This document shows, piece after piece, positions 47,810 through 57,664 of a stretch of DNA of 64,000 bases (its first letter is position 1; each line of letters starts with the position of its first letter). Made by a program: the position numbers and the translations under genes. Source of the DNA: Candidatus Multivoradales bacterium (GTDB lineage Bacteria; Acidobacteriota; Thermoanaerobaculia; Multivoradales; Multivoraceae); contig CBDCWI010000002.1 in NCBI GenBank assembly GCA_965223325.1, positions 3,232,001 through 3,296,000 of the forward strand, read 5' to 3'. The notes beneath the pieces are model-generated. The model was not told where the DNA came from, did not search any database, and saw nothing but the letters and a program-made list of their open reading frames with translations.

Positions 47810-49225
47810 TCACTCTGGCAACAGGGCGATCGCCGCGACCCGGGTGGTCGGGGCGCCCACCGTTCCTGGAGTGGCTGGAAAGGTGAGGTCACGAGCAATC
47901 GCCTCGATCCCCCTCAGGAGATCAGTGAGGGGCATCGCGAGCCGCGCACGGCGGAAGGGAATCGGGGGTTCCTGCGCTCGCAGCTCGAACCCTGAGACGA
48001 GCCCACTGACCTGCCCACTCGACCAGTCGAGCGCCAGCCCCTCACAGGTGAGCAAGTAGGCGCCTTCGCCCATGCCCTCGATGAGTTCCGCTGGCGCGCG
48101 GGCGCTGGGAGCGAGGTAGAGATGGCTCGCACCGATCTCCGGTTGGGTCCGCCACGAGTGCCGCAGCCGGCACCCGCTGACGACGGAACCGTCACGAACT
48201 TCCTCCGGGGCACACCACCAGGGCAAGAGGGGCTGGCGGAGCACGCCGCGTTCGACCATCGCAACCCGGCGGGTTGGCACACCTTCGCCATCGGCCGCGG
48301 CTTCGAACAAACCACCCACGAAACGCCCGTCGTCGGTGATGTTGGTGACCTCGCTCGCCAGTCCACCATCGCCCGACCACGAGAGCAGCCGGCGCCAGGT
48401 CGACCCGCGGCGACCTTCACAAAAGGCCGGTAACAGAAGCCCCAGGACCGCCGCGGCAACCGAAGGAGCGAGTGTTGCAGGACCACGAAACGCGGTCTCG
48501 AGCGCCGGCGCCGCGGCCAGGCGCGCGAGATCCAGGAGGCGATTGGCCAGCGACTCGGCGCGCCAACGGCGCGGCTCACGTGACACTTCCTCGAGCTCGA
48601 CCGGGCACCAGTGCCCATCTGCACCTTGGCAGGCGATAGAGACGCGTAACCAGGCCGAGCGATGGGACGACGCTGTGCGCACACCCTTCGAGCTGGTGAG
48701 AAACGACGAACTCGCACCGTCGTCGACGCGGGCGGTCAGAAAGCGCACGCCCTCGACTTCACCGTCGACGACACGCTGGGCGACGGCACGCAGGAGACCG
48801 AAGGCCTCAGCCTCACCGAGAGGCTGAGCGTAGGCCGGAGCGCCCGAGGTCGACCCGCTGGGGCCAAGGTCGCCGAGCTCCGGCAGTCGCAGCGGAGTTC
48901 CCGCCGTTTCGATCGGCAGACTTCCCGGGAGAGGAGGAGCACCGCCACCACAAACGAAGGTCGACCCACGATGATCCCCGGCCCGCACTGCCCACCCCTC
49001 CTCGGCCGCGGTGTGCGAAAGGAGAGCGAACGTTGCGTTGGCTCCGGGAGCACTCTCCGTAGCCACCGGGTTGCCGCGAACCGCATCGAGCTCCCACCGC
49101 TTGAGGCGGCCGACCTTGCAAAACACCTCGACCGCATCGAGACCTCTTCCCGACAGGTCCTCGAGGAGGGTTTCTGCGCGACCCGCTGACCGTTCGAGAT
49201 CGGCGCCCTTTTCTGGTCCAGTCAA
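47810..49225 (-). CDS. TldE/PmbA-family protein
   Basis: DGEGVPT...VERGVL pattern and no HExxH. TTGA overlap with tldD. Confidence 0.8.
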   Translation of the reverse strand: MTGPEKGADLERSAGRAETLLEDLSGRGLDAVEVFCKVGRLKRWELDAVRGNPVATESAPGANATFALLSHTAAEEGWAVRAGDHRGSTFVCGGGAPPLPGSLPIETAGTPLRLPELGDLGPSGSTSGAPAYAQPLGEAEAFGLLRAVAQRVVDGEVEGVRFLTARVDDGASSSFLTSSKGVRTASSHRSAWLRVSIACQGADGHWCPVELEEVSREPRRWRAESLANRLLDLARLAAAPALETAFRGPATLAPSVAAAVLGLLLPAFCEGRRGSTWRRLLSWSGDGGLASEVTNITDDGRFVGGLFEAAADGEGVPTRRVAMVERGVLRQPLLPWWCAPEEVRDGSVVSGCRLRHSWRTQPEIGASHLYLAPSARAPAELIEGMGEGAYLLTCEGLALDWSSGQVSGLVSGFELRAQEPPIPFRRARLAMPLTDLLRGIEAIARDLTFPATPGTVGAPTTRVAAIALLPE

Positions 49226-50538
49226 TGAACGACCTCGAGCTCGTTGAGCAGAACTGCCGGTGCTCGCGCCCAGACCGGTAGTCGCTGGCCGTCTTTGGCG
49301 CACCAGCCGGCTCCTGCTGGAATGGCCTCGGAGCCCACCGCAGTGACCGCATGAAGGACCTGATCGAGGCGCCCGCAGAGCACCCCTCCGCGTCTGCGGG
49401 TCCCGAGGCGTCCCTTTTCGACCCGGCGCCCGTAGTCGATCTCGACGGCGAAGCGACCGGTGAGCGGATCGAGTCGTCCCCGACTGGCGCGCTGAACCCA
49501 GATGCCGTCGTCGAGCGCCGGCATCTGGTCGTCTTCCTCGAGGCTTCCGGGCAACATCTCGAGGTGGCTGCAGCGTGGCAGCGGTGCAGAATGACGGCCG
49601 CTGCGCCGGCCGCCCCCGGGATGCCAACGGTCTGAGGCGCCGGCCCACAGGCGGTCAGCGATCGGATCCTCGACTTTGCCGGCCCGTATCAGCCAACGCC
49701 GCATGGTCGGCATCCCTTCGTCGTCGACCGAACGGCGGACCCCGAGTGGTGCCTCGGTTGGATCATCCAGAACGTCGATCTCGGCACCGCCCCAGATCTC
49801 GCCACTTATAGCGGCCCAGGGCGATCTCGCCAGGAGATCCGCCTCCATGCCGTGACCGATTGCCTCGTGCAGCAACACCGCAACCGCCGAAGGCGCCAAC
49901 AGGACGCGTTGTGTGCCGGCCTCTGTTGGCGGCGCCTCGCGCGCCAGAAAGCGCGCCACCATGGTTTCGGCGAGACGCGTTTCGGCCAGATCATCGGGCA
50001 CCGTCAAGAGGGTGCCGAACCGCCCGCCCGGCTGTTCGATCTCGACCGCCGCAAAGCATTCGAGCTGGGCGCCCGGCGCAAGATCGGGTCCCAGGCACCA
50101 GGTCGACCGGCGATGGAGTGTCACCTTGACCGCCACCGGAAACGCAACCCGCTCCTCGGCGATTCGCGCCAGCAAGCGACTCTCGAGACCGCGCAGGTGC
50201 TCTAGCTCGGCCGCCGGAGGCGCCGGCCAGCGCCCGGCTGAGAGCTCACCCGTGAGCCCCATCACCAGCGGCCGGCTCGACACCGCCTGTTGCAATGCAC
50301 TCTCGAGAGCAGCGCCATCGATGCGATCGCGACTGGCGAGGCGCGCGCGCCCAGTGCGCTCGACGATCCGCACCGCCAACCCCTCCTCCGTTCGCTGCTG
50401 GGTTGCTTCGCCCGTTGCGAGCACAGAGCTCTCGAGGCGTTCGCAGAAGACCTCGGCGATCGCGGCGTCCTCGGCGTAGCGCGAGAGCGCCCGGGACGCC
50501 GCTGCCGGATCGAGATCGGGAAACGAAGCTGCCGCCAT
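49222..50538 (-). CDS. TldD-family metalloprotease
   Basis: LLHEAIGHGMEAD, DDPT, DDEG and C-terminal C.KDGQ..PV motifs. Confidence 0.88.
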   Translation of the reverse strand: MAAASFPDLDPAAASRALSRYAEDAAIAEVFCERLESSVLATGEATQQRTEEGLAVRIVERTGRARLASRDRIDGAALESALQQAVSSRPLVMGLTGELSAGRWPAPPAAELEHLRGLESRLLARIAEERVAFPVAVKVTLHRRSTWCLGPDLAPGAQLECFAAVEIEQPGGRFGTLLTVPDDLAETRLAETMVARFLAREAPPTEAGTQRVLLAPSAVAVLLHEAIGHGMEADLLARSPWAAISGEIWGGAEIDVLDDPTEAPLGVRRSVDDEGMPTMRRWLIRAGKVEDPIADRLWAGASDRWHPGGGRRSGRHSAPLPRCSHLEMLPGSLEEDDQMPALDDGIWVQRASRGRLDPLTGRFAVEIDYGRRVEKGRLGTRRRGGVLCGRLDQVLHAVTAVGSEAIPAGAGWCAKDGQRLPVWARAPAVLLNELEVVH

Positions 50539-50679
50539 GATCGGAATCATAGGGGTTCGGCTTGAGACTCGGTGTGGCGATTCGAACCCCGCCCTGACCC
50601 GACCGCAAACGCCCCCGGCTTCTGAGATACTCCGATTCGACCGAACCCCCTTTTCGCATCCCCTGGAGATCACTCGACC

Positions 50680-52284
50680 ATGGCGCAAGCAGACGGCAAG
50701 TCGGAGACCGGAGCCGCCACCTCGCCATCTGGAGAACCCGGCGATCCGCGCCTTCGTGAACTGCGTGAGCGATTGGAGCGGTCAAGACAAGGCGGCGGCA
50801 CCGCCCGCGTCGAGCGCCAACACGCTTCCGGGAAAATGACCGCTCGCGAGCGCGTCGAGATGCTGGTCGACCCCGGGTCGTTCACAGAACTCGACGCCCT
50901 CGTCACCCATCGCTGCAACGACTTCGGCATGGAGAAGCAGAAGATCCCTGGCGACGGCGTGATCTGCGGGCATGGCTCGATCGACGGACGTCTGGTCTAC
51001 GTCTTCGCGCAGGACTTCACCGTCTTCGGCGGCTCGCTGTCTGAGACCAACGCTCGCAAGATCTGTAAGGTCATGGACTTGGCGGTCGAGAACGGTGCAC
51101 CGCTGATCGGCTTGAACGACTCGGGAGGTGCGCGCATCCAAGAGGGCGTCGCCTCGCTCGGCGGCTATGCCGACATTTTTCTACGCAACACTCTCGCCAG
51201 CGGGGTGGTTCCCCAGGTCAGCGCCATCATGGGGCCCTGCGCTGGCGGTGCCGTGTACTCACCGGCAATCACAGACTTCATCTTCATGGTCGAGGACACG
51301 AGCTACATGTTCGTCACCGGACCCGACGTCATCAAGACGGTGACGCACGAAGAAGTCACCAAAGAGGAACTCGGTGGAGCCCAGACCCACGCTGCCAGGA
51401 GCGGAGTGAGCCACTTCTCGCGCGCCAACGACGCCGCCTGCCTGCTCTCGATCCGTGAGCTCCTGTCGTTCCTACCGAGCAACAACCTCGACGACCCGCC
51501 AATGGGCCCCACCGACGATCCCCCTGAGCGCGAAGACCCGAGTCTCGACGAGCTCGTCCCGGCGGATCCGAATCGCCCCTACGACATCAAAGACCTGATC
51601 ACCCGAGTCACGGACGACGGCAAGCTACTCGAGGTTCATGCCGAGTACGCGCGCAACCTGGTCGTCGGCTTCGCACGCTTTGGCGGCCGGCCGGTGGGCA
51701 TTGTCGCCAACCAACCGGCCTGGCTGGCAGGGGTGCTCGATATCGACGCCTCGCTCAAGGGCGCGCGCTTCGTTCGTTTCTGCGACGCCTTCAACATTCC
51801 GCTGGTCACCTTCGAGGATGTTCCCGGGTTTCTCCCTGGTACGCAGCAGGAGTTCGGCGGCATCATCAAACACGGCGCCAAGCTGCTCTACGCCTTCGCC
51901 GAAGCCACCGTCCCCAAGATCACCTGCATTACTCGCAAGGCCTACGGGGGTGCCTATTGCGTGATGGCTTCCAAGCACATTCGCACCGACTACAATCTCG
52001 CCTACCCAAGCGCTGAGATTGCGGTCATGGGACCCTCGGGAGCAGTCAATATCCTCTACCGGCGCGAGCTCGTCGATGCTGCTGACCCGGAGGCTGAACG
52101 CCAGCGTTTGAGCGACGAGTACCGAGAGAAGTTCTCCAATCCCTACATCGCGGCCGAGCGCGGCTTCGTCGACGCGGTCATCGAGCCGCGGCGCACGCGG
52201 CCGGAGATCGTGCGTGCGTTACGCCAGCTGGGTAGCAAGCGGGCGAGCATGCCAGCCAAGAAGCACGGCAACATCCCGCTCTAG
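50680..52284 (+). CDS. pccB: Acyl-CoA (propionyl-CoA-type) carboxylase carboxyltransferase beta subunit
   Basis: [39 protein letters not shown] and KKHGNIPL motifs. Confidence 0.93.
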   Translation: MAQADGKSETGAATSPSGEPGDPRLRELRERLERSRQGGGTARVERQHASGKMTARERVEMLVDPGSFTELDALVTHRCNDFGMEKQKIPGDGVICGHGSIDGRLVYVFAQDFTVFGGSLSETNARKICKVMDLAVENGAPLIGLNDSGGARIQEGVASLGGYADIFLRNTLASGVVPQVSAIMGPCAGGAVYSPAITDFIFMVEDTSYMFVTGPDVIKTVTHEEVTKEELGGAQTHAARSGVSHFSRANDAACLLSIRELLSFLPSNNLDDPPMGPTDDPPEREDPSLDELVPADPNRPYDIKDLITRVTDDGKLLEVHAEYARNLVVGFARFGGRPVGIVANQPAWLAGVLDIDASLKGARFVRFCDAFNIPLVTFEDVPGFLPGTQQEFGGIIKHGAKLLYAFAEATVPKITCITRKAYGGAYCVMASKHIRTDYNLAYPSAEIAVMGPSGAVNILYRRELVDAADPEAERQRLSDEYREKFSNPYIAAERGFVDAVIEPRRTRPEIVRALRQLGSKRASMPAKKHGNIPL

Positions 52285-52319
52285 AAACGGTTGACAAGTA
52301 CCACTACCTGTGAGGCCCC

Positions 52320-52844
52320 TTGACCTTGAGTTCTGAAGTTCGTGTCGGCATCGTGATGGGAAGTGAGTCGGACTGGCCGACCATGAAAAAGGGGGCTCTG
52401 ATCCTCGAAGAGTTTGGCGTTGGCTACCAAGTGCGGGTTCTTTCCGCGCACCGAACACCCGCCGAGGCACACGAGTGGGCAGCGACGGCCTCAGACCGCG
52501 GGCTCGAAGTGCTGATCGCCGGCGCTGGACTGGCGGCTCATCTGCCGGGTGTGATGGCGGCGACGACGGTCCTGCCGGTGATCGGAGTGCCCGTTGCCTC
52601 GGGTGCCTTCTCGGGGGTGGACGCGCTCTTGGCGATCGTGCAGATGCCGCCCGGCATCCCCGTTGCGACGGTTGGCGCCGGGCGTGCCGACAACGCCGCG
52701 CTGCTCGCCCTTCAGATCATGGCCGGTGCCGATGCCACGCTGCGCCAACAGATGATCGAGTATCGCGACCGCATGCGTGAGCGCGTCCTGGCCGCCGACG
52801 CCAAACTGCAGGGCGATGTCGCTGCCAACGGCGCGCGCACATAG
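52320..52844 (+). CDS. purE: N5-CAIR mutase
   Basis: MGSESDW, SAHRTP, AAHLPG and QMPPGIPVATV motifs. Confidence 0.96.
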   Translation: MTLSSEVRVGIVMGSESDWPTMKKGALILEEFGVGYQVRVLSAHRTPAEAHEWAATASDRGLEVLIAGAGLAAHLPGVMAATTVLPVIGVPVASGAFSGVDALLAIVQMPPGIPVATVGAGRADNAALLALQIMAGADATLRQQMIEYRDRMRERVLAADAKLQGDVAANGART

Positions 52845-52854
52845 GATTGCTGCC

Positions 52855-53295
52855 ATGGTAACCATCGCGATTGGAGCCGACCACGCCGGCTGGCAGCTCA
52901 AAGACCAGGTCGCCGGCTGGCTCCAGCAGCGCGGCCTCGACGTTCTCAACCTGGGGACCGACGGCGCGGCGAGCGTTGACTATCCCGACTTCGGACGGGC
53001 CGTTGCCGAAGCAGTGGCGAACGGCGAAGCCGCAATGGGCATCCTGGTTTGCGGCACCGGTCTGGGCATGTCCATGACCGCCAACAAGGTCGACGGCATT
53101 CGCGCCGCCTGCGTCAGCGACAGCTACTCCGCTGCCATGGCTCGCGAGCACAACGACGCCAACGTTTTGTGTTTCGGGGCGCGCGTGGTGGGCGCGGGCG
53201 TAGCGCATGAGATCGTCGCACGCTTTCTCGACACACCCTTTGCCGGAGGGCGTCACGCAGCGCGCGTCGCCAAGATCTCAGACGCTTCGGGCTAG
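52855..53295 (+). CDS. rpiB: Ribose-5-phosphate isomerase B
   Basis: GADHAG, DYPD, CGTGLG, ANK, HNDANVL and GGRH motifs. Confidence 0.95.
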   Translation: MVTIAIGADHAGWQLKDQVAGWLQQRGLDVLNLGTDGAASVDYPDFGRAVAEAVANGEAAMGILVCGTGLGMSMTANKVDGIRAACVSDSYSAAMAREHNDANVLCFGARVVGAGVAHEIVARFLDTPFAGGRHAARVAKISDASG

Positions 53296-53313
53296 CGACA
53301 GCAGTTGGATGGA

Positions 53314-54753
53314 CTAAGCGGTCTTCAATTGGCGCGCCGGAACCGGGCGCCCAAAGCGCTCATAGAGCAAAGGCCTGAGGTCGCCAACCAGATAGAGCGA
53401 ACCACAGGCAAGCAACAGGTCCGGGCCAGCCGGCCGATGGAGCGCTTCGAGCGCCCTATCGAGGGCGCGCTCGACGTCTGGTTCAACGGCAATCAGGGCG
53501 GGGTCGTTGCCGGGACCCACTTCGTCGAACTCAACCGCCACGAGGTCAGCGAGGCGTCCCGCAGGGTGAGCCTCGCCTTCCCGCGGCTCGGTCACCGTCA
53601 CCCGGCGAGCGCGCCGGGCCAGACGCGGCAAGATTGCCTCGACCCGTTTGCGGCGCAGACTGGCAAACAAGAGGTCGATCGCAAGCGGTCTCCCACCGAT
53701 GCCCGCCCCATCGATCCAACGACAGAGCGCGCGCGCTGCCGAAGCGTTGTGCGCACCGTCCAGGAGGATCGCGCGACGCGCGTCGATCTCGATGCGCTCG
53801 AGCCGACCGGGCCAACGGCAGCTGGCCAGCCCGGCAAGCATCGTCTCTGGTTCGAGGCGGTCGAAGCCCAGGCGCGCAAGCTCCGTCGCGGCGGCAACCG
53901 CGAGGGTCGCATTCGTCGCCTGATGACTACCGAGTAGATGAACCTCGGCCTCGACTTCATCCCCAGACGGCAAAGGAATGCGCCAACACGGAGGCCAGGC
54001 CGCACGATCGGGAAGAGCGACTCGCTCCGGAGGCGGCAACTGGGCCACATCGACGGCCAGGGGAGCACCGATCTCCTCAGCGATCTGGCGCAACGTAGAA
54101 CCCACGACCGGCGGCCTTCCCCAGGTCACCAGCGGGACTCCGGGCCGCAAGATGCCAGCCTTCTCACCAGCGATCTCGCTCAGCGACTCGCCGAGAATGT
54201 TCTGGTGATCGTGACCGATCGAGGTGATCACCGAGAGCAACGGCGTTCCTGTGTTGGTGGCATCGAGTCGGCCACCCAGTCCGACCTCGAAAACCGCCAG
54301 GTCACACTGTTGACGAGAGAACCACAGGCGAGCCGCTGCGGTGAGGGCCTCGAAGTAGGAGGGCAACGCTCCGAGAGTCTCGCGGCTGGCGACCAGGACC
54401 TCGTCCAGCACGGCTGCCAGATCGGCAGTCGCAATCGCCTCACCATCGATGCGTAGACGTTCCTCTGGCCCCTCGAGATGGGGCGACGTATAGAGCCCCG
54501 TACGGTAACCGGCTGCACTGGTCATTGCCGCCAGCAGCGCCGACGTCGACCCCTTACCGTTGGTCCCGGCAACGAGCACGAAGGGCACCTCGGCTTCAGG
54601 GTTGCCCAGCACCGCCAGGAGCGCCCGGATGGGTTCGAGACCGAGCTTGCCGCCGAACTGGTCGAGTTGTTCGAGCAGCGACGCGAGGGCTGTCCCGGCC
54701 TCCGGACCAGCCGGGCCGGGTGCCCTGGACGGGAGCGGAGATTCTTCGGTCAC
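53314..54753 (-). CDS. folC: Bifunctional folylpolyglutamate/dihydrofolate synthase
   Basis: VAGTNGKGST, YTSPHL, EVGLGGRLDATN, WPGRLE, DGAHN and GSLYLVG motifs. Confidence 0.95.
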   Translation of the reverse strand: MTEESPLPSRAPGPAGPEAGTALASLLEQLDQFGGKLGLEPIRALLAVLGNPEAEVPFVLVAGTNGKGSTSALLAAMTSAAGYRTGLYTSPHLEGPEERLRIDGEAIATADLAAVLDEVLVASRETLGALPSYFEALTAAARLWFSRQQCDLAVFEVGLGGRLDATNTGTPLLSVITSIGHDHQNILGESLSEIAGEKAGILRPGVPLVTWGRPPVVGSTLRQIAEEIGAPLAVDVAQLPPPERVALPDRAAWPPCWRIPLPSGDEVEAEVHLLGSHQATNATLAVAAATELARLGFDRLEPETMLAGLASCRWPGRLERIEIDARRAILLDGAHNASAARALCRWIDGAGIGGRPLAIDLLFASLRRKRVEAILPRLARRARRVTVTEPREGEAHPAGRLADLVAVEFDEVGPGNDPALIAVEPDVERALDRALEALHRPAGPDLLLACGSLYLVGDLRPLLYERFGRPVPARQLKTA

Positions 54754-55676
54754 CGCTGGCCGGACAATGCCTTCCTGGCCCGGCGCCCGGAGCGAGTGCC
54801 CTTCTTCTGCTTGCCGCCGGCGGCCTCCTGTGCGCCCCCGAGGAGTCTCAGAAGGCGCCCGAGCGTTTCTTTGAGCTCGGTCCGTGGCACGACGAGATCG
54901 AGGAAGCCGCGCGCGAGGAGAAACTCGGCGCGCTGAAAGCCTTCGGGAAGCGTCTCGCCGATCGTCTGTTCGATGACGCGCGGCCCGGCAAAGCCGATCA
55001 ACGCGCCAGGCTCCGAGATGTTCACATCGCCGAGCATCGCGAACGACGCCGTAACTCCGCCGGTGGTCGGGTCGGTGAGCACTGAAAGGTAGGGCAACCG
55101 ATGCTCGCGCAGACGGGCGAGAGCGGCCGAGATCTTCGCCATCTGCATCAGCGACAGGGCCCCCTCCTGCATACGGGCGCCACCAGAGGCCGACACGATA
55201 ACCAACGGCAAGCCCTCGGCGACCGCCGTCTCAATACCGCGCACGATGCGTTCGCCGACGACTGACCCCATCGAGCCGCCCATGAACTCGTAGTTCATCA
55301 CCGCCATGATCAGCGGGATCTCGTCGAGGGTGCCACGCACGACGGTAACCGCATCCCACTCGTCGAGCTTCTTCTGGTAACGCTCGAGCCGAGCGGTGTA
55401 GGGCTGCGAGTCTTCGAAGCCGAGGGGGTCGGTTGGCACGACCTTGTCGAAAAGGACCTCCGGCTCGGCATCGAGCAGCAGTTCGAGTCGACTCTTGACC
55501 GGAATGCGGAAGTGGTGGCCGCACTTCGGACAGATCCGGAAAGTGCGCTCGAGCTCCTTCGAATAGATGATCTCGCTGCAGCCCGCGCAGCGCACCCACA
55601 AGCCCTCGGGCACCGAGCTGCGCTGATCGCCGGAGCGAACGGCTTTGGGTTTCTTGGCTTTGCGGAACCAGGCCAC
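54750..55676 (-). CDS. accD: Acetyl-CoA carboxylase carboxyltransferase beta subunit
   Basis: PEGLW..C..C zinc finger, MGGSMG, SGGARMQEG and GFAGPRVIEQ motifs. GTG start (MAWF). Confidence 0.96.
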   Translation of the reverse strand: MAWFRKAKKPKAVRSGDQRSSVPEGLWVRCAGCSEIIYSKELERTFRICPKCGHHFRIPVKSRLELLLDAEPEVLFDKVVPTDPLGFEDSQPYTARLERYQKKLDEWDAVTVVRGTLDEIPLIMAVMNYEFMGGSMGSVVGERIVRGIETAVAEGLPLVIVSASGGARMQEGALSLMQMAKISAALARLREHRLPYLSVLTDPTTGGVTASFAMLGDVNISEPGALIGFAGPRVIEQTIGETLPEGFQRAEFLLARGFLDLVVPRTELKETLGRLLRLLGGAQEAAGGKQKKGTRSGRRARKALSGQR

Positions 55677-55976
55677 GGAAGTCCTCGGTCTTGGTTTGAG
55701 GACGCGCGCAAACAGCCCGTGCGGCCGCGAGTCCCCGGAGGTGTGGGCAACGAGGATAGCGCGTGTGCGCCGCCACGGTGGCCAACGCGCCCATCTGAAG
55801 GCCGAACGTCTCGACAAGGCGAGCCCGTGCGCCGGCATGCGATCGGTCTCGCGGCGCGCCGGCCCGGTGGTCGCCAGGGCGCGCGGGCAGCTAGAATCGA
55901 CCTTCCAGCACAAGCTCGGCACCGTCTGGGAGCCAGAGCTGTGCCCGGGGTTCATTGATCTGATCGGAGTTCTCGA

Positions 55977-56726
55977 ATGGCTGGCCATTCCAAGTGGGCC
56001 AATACCAAGCACCGCAAGGCGGCAGTCGACGCCAAGCGCGGAAAGCTCTTCACCCGCCTTCTCAAGGAAGTCGCAGTAGCGGCGCGCATGGGAGGCGGCG
56101 ACCCTGCAGGCAACCCGCGCCTGCGCACAGCGGTCGACGACGCGCGGTCGAAGAACGTCCCCAACGACAACATCGAGCGGGCCATCAAGCGCGGCACCGG
56201 CGAACTCGAGGGGGTCGACTACGAGGAGATCACCTACGAAGGCTACGGCCCGGGCGGTGTGGCAATCCTGGTCGAAGCCATGACCGACAACAAGAACCGC
56301 ACGGTCGGCGAGCTCCGCCACACGTTCTCGCGCTACGGTGGCAACCTCGGTGAAACCAACTGCGTGGCCTGGATGTTCGATCGCAAGGGGTTGTTCGCCT
56401 TCGCGCCTGATTCAATGGACGAAGAGGCATTCATGGAACTGGCGCTCGAGCTCGAAGTCGACGACGTAACGATCGACGAAGACGGCTACAGCATCCTGAC
56501 CTCCTTCGAGGACTACAACCGCGTTCGCGACGCCCTCGCCGAGCGCGAGGGAATCGAGCCGACCGTCAAGCAGGTGGCGATGATTCCGCAAACCGAAGTC
56601 GCGGTCGAGGCGGGCGAAGCCGGCACGCTTCTCAAGCTGCTCGAGGCGCTCGAAGACAACGACGACACGCAGAACGTGTGGGCCAACTGCGACATCGACG
56701 AATCGGTGTTGGAGAGCGTCAACTGA
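55977..56726 (+). CDS. YebC/PmpR family protein
   Basis: MAGHSKWAN, YEGYGPGG, TDNKNRT and LED.DD.QNV motifs. Confidence 0.96.
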   Translation: MAGHSKWANTKHRKAAVDAKRGKLFTRLLKEVAVAARMGGGDPAGNPRLRTAVDDARSKNVPNDNIERAIKRGTGELEGVDYEEITYEGYGPGGVAILVEAMTDNKNRTVGELRHTFSRYGGNLGETNCVAWMFDRKGLFAFAPDSMDEEAFMELALELEVDDVTIDEDGYSILTSFEDYNRVRDALAEREGIEPTVKQVAMIPQTEVAVEAGEAGTLLKLLEALEDNDDTQNVWANCDIDESVLESVN

Positions 56727-57247
56727 ACAAAGCTCCCCAGGCCAAGCGTTTTCTGGGACTCGACCCGGGCAGCCGCGCGACCGGATGGGGAGTCATCGAA
56801 CAGTCCGGCTCTCTGCTACGGCTGGTTGAGTGCGGCACCATCAAGCCAGACACAAGTGGCCGACTCCCACAGCGCCTCGCCGCGCTCGGTCGCTCGGTGG
56901 ACGGTCTGATGGTGCGCTGGCGGCCCGACGCGGTCGCCCTCGAATCGGTGTTCCACGGGCCCAACACGCGCAGCCTGATCGTGCTGGCGCAGGCTCGTGG
57001 TGCGCTTCTGATGCGGCTCGCCGAGCGCACCGACCAGATCGCCGAGTACTCACCGGCCGAGATCAAGCAGGCGGTCACTGGCAACGGCCGAGCGGACAAA
57101 ACCCAGGTTGCGCGCATGGTGGCAATCTTGCTGGGACGTAGAGAGGTCGAAGCGAGCGCTGACGCCACCGACGCGCTAGCGGTCGCCCTGTGCTGTGCCC
57201 ACCGCTGGCGAAGCGACCGGCTCGCCGCCAAGGCTCTCGAACGCTGA
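56723..57247 (+). CDS. ruvC: Holliday junction resolvase RuvC
   Basis: LGLDPG, ALES.F, QARG, IKQAVTG.GRA.K.QV and DATDALAVA motifs. Probable CTG start overlapping the yebC stop. Confidence 0.93.
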   Translation: MNKAPQAKRFLGLDPGSRATGWGVIEQSGSLLRLVECGTIKPDTSGRLPQRLAALGRSVDGLMVRWRPDAVALESVFHGPNTRSLIVLAQARGALLMRLAERTDQIAEYSPAEIKQAVTGNGRADKTQVARMVAILLGRREVEASADATDALAVALCCAHRWRSDRLAAKALER

Positions 57248-57295
57248 CCTGGGCGCGCCGCGCCCCCCGCCCGACAAGATCCGAGGCCCTTGATC

Positions 57296-57325
57296 TTGCC
57301 CACGTTTCGGGCCTCATGGTAAGAT
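57296..57325 (+). promoter_or_regulatory. sigma70-type promoter for the exbB operon
   Basis: TTGCCC-N18-TAAGAT with an extended -10 TG. Confidence 0.55.
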
Positions 57326-57664
57326 AGTCTTCTTACGTCAAAGCAATTCTGAGCGCGGCCGTCGTCTATCGATCGGCCCTGTCGGGGCCCTTTTCGAAGG
57401 ACCTCCAGGGGGTTCGATCGTGGTTCGAACGCCGGTCGCCACTGCTCCCCCGTCGCCAACCCGGGCGAGGGTGCGAAGGTTTGGCGGTGTTGTTTGTGTT
57501 CCCTCCTACGCCTTGGTGGCTCGGATGGTCACCAGGAACGCCGAGAGGCCCCGAGTCGGACCTCAGACAGGCCTTCGGGGAGGCGTTCAACAAAGCCTCC
57601 AGGAGAGTCGGGAACTCGATTCGCCGAATGCGAGTCAGAATCTACTAGGAAGGAGACCAGATCG

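Noticed and set aside
47810-50538. TldD/E as part of a RiPP cluster
   Set aside because: No precursor peptide, YcaO or other maturase nearby, so treated as a housekeeping pair.
50551-50650. tRNA/selC-like element (GGTTCGAATC on the - strand)
   Set aside because: The T-stem does not pair, and there is no cloverleaf or UCA anticodon arm. It is just a hairpin in a divergent promoter region.
57340-57650. Cobalamin riboswitch before exbB
   Set aside because: GCCACTG is present, but the other B12-element motifs are not in the right order or spacing.
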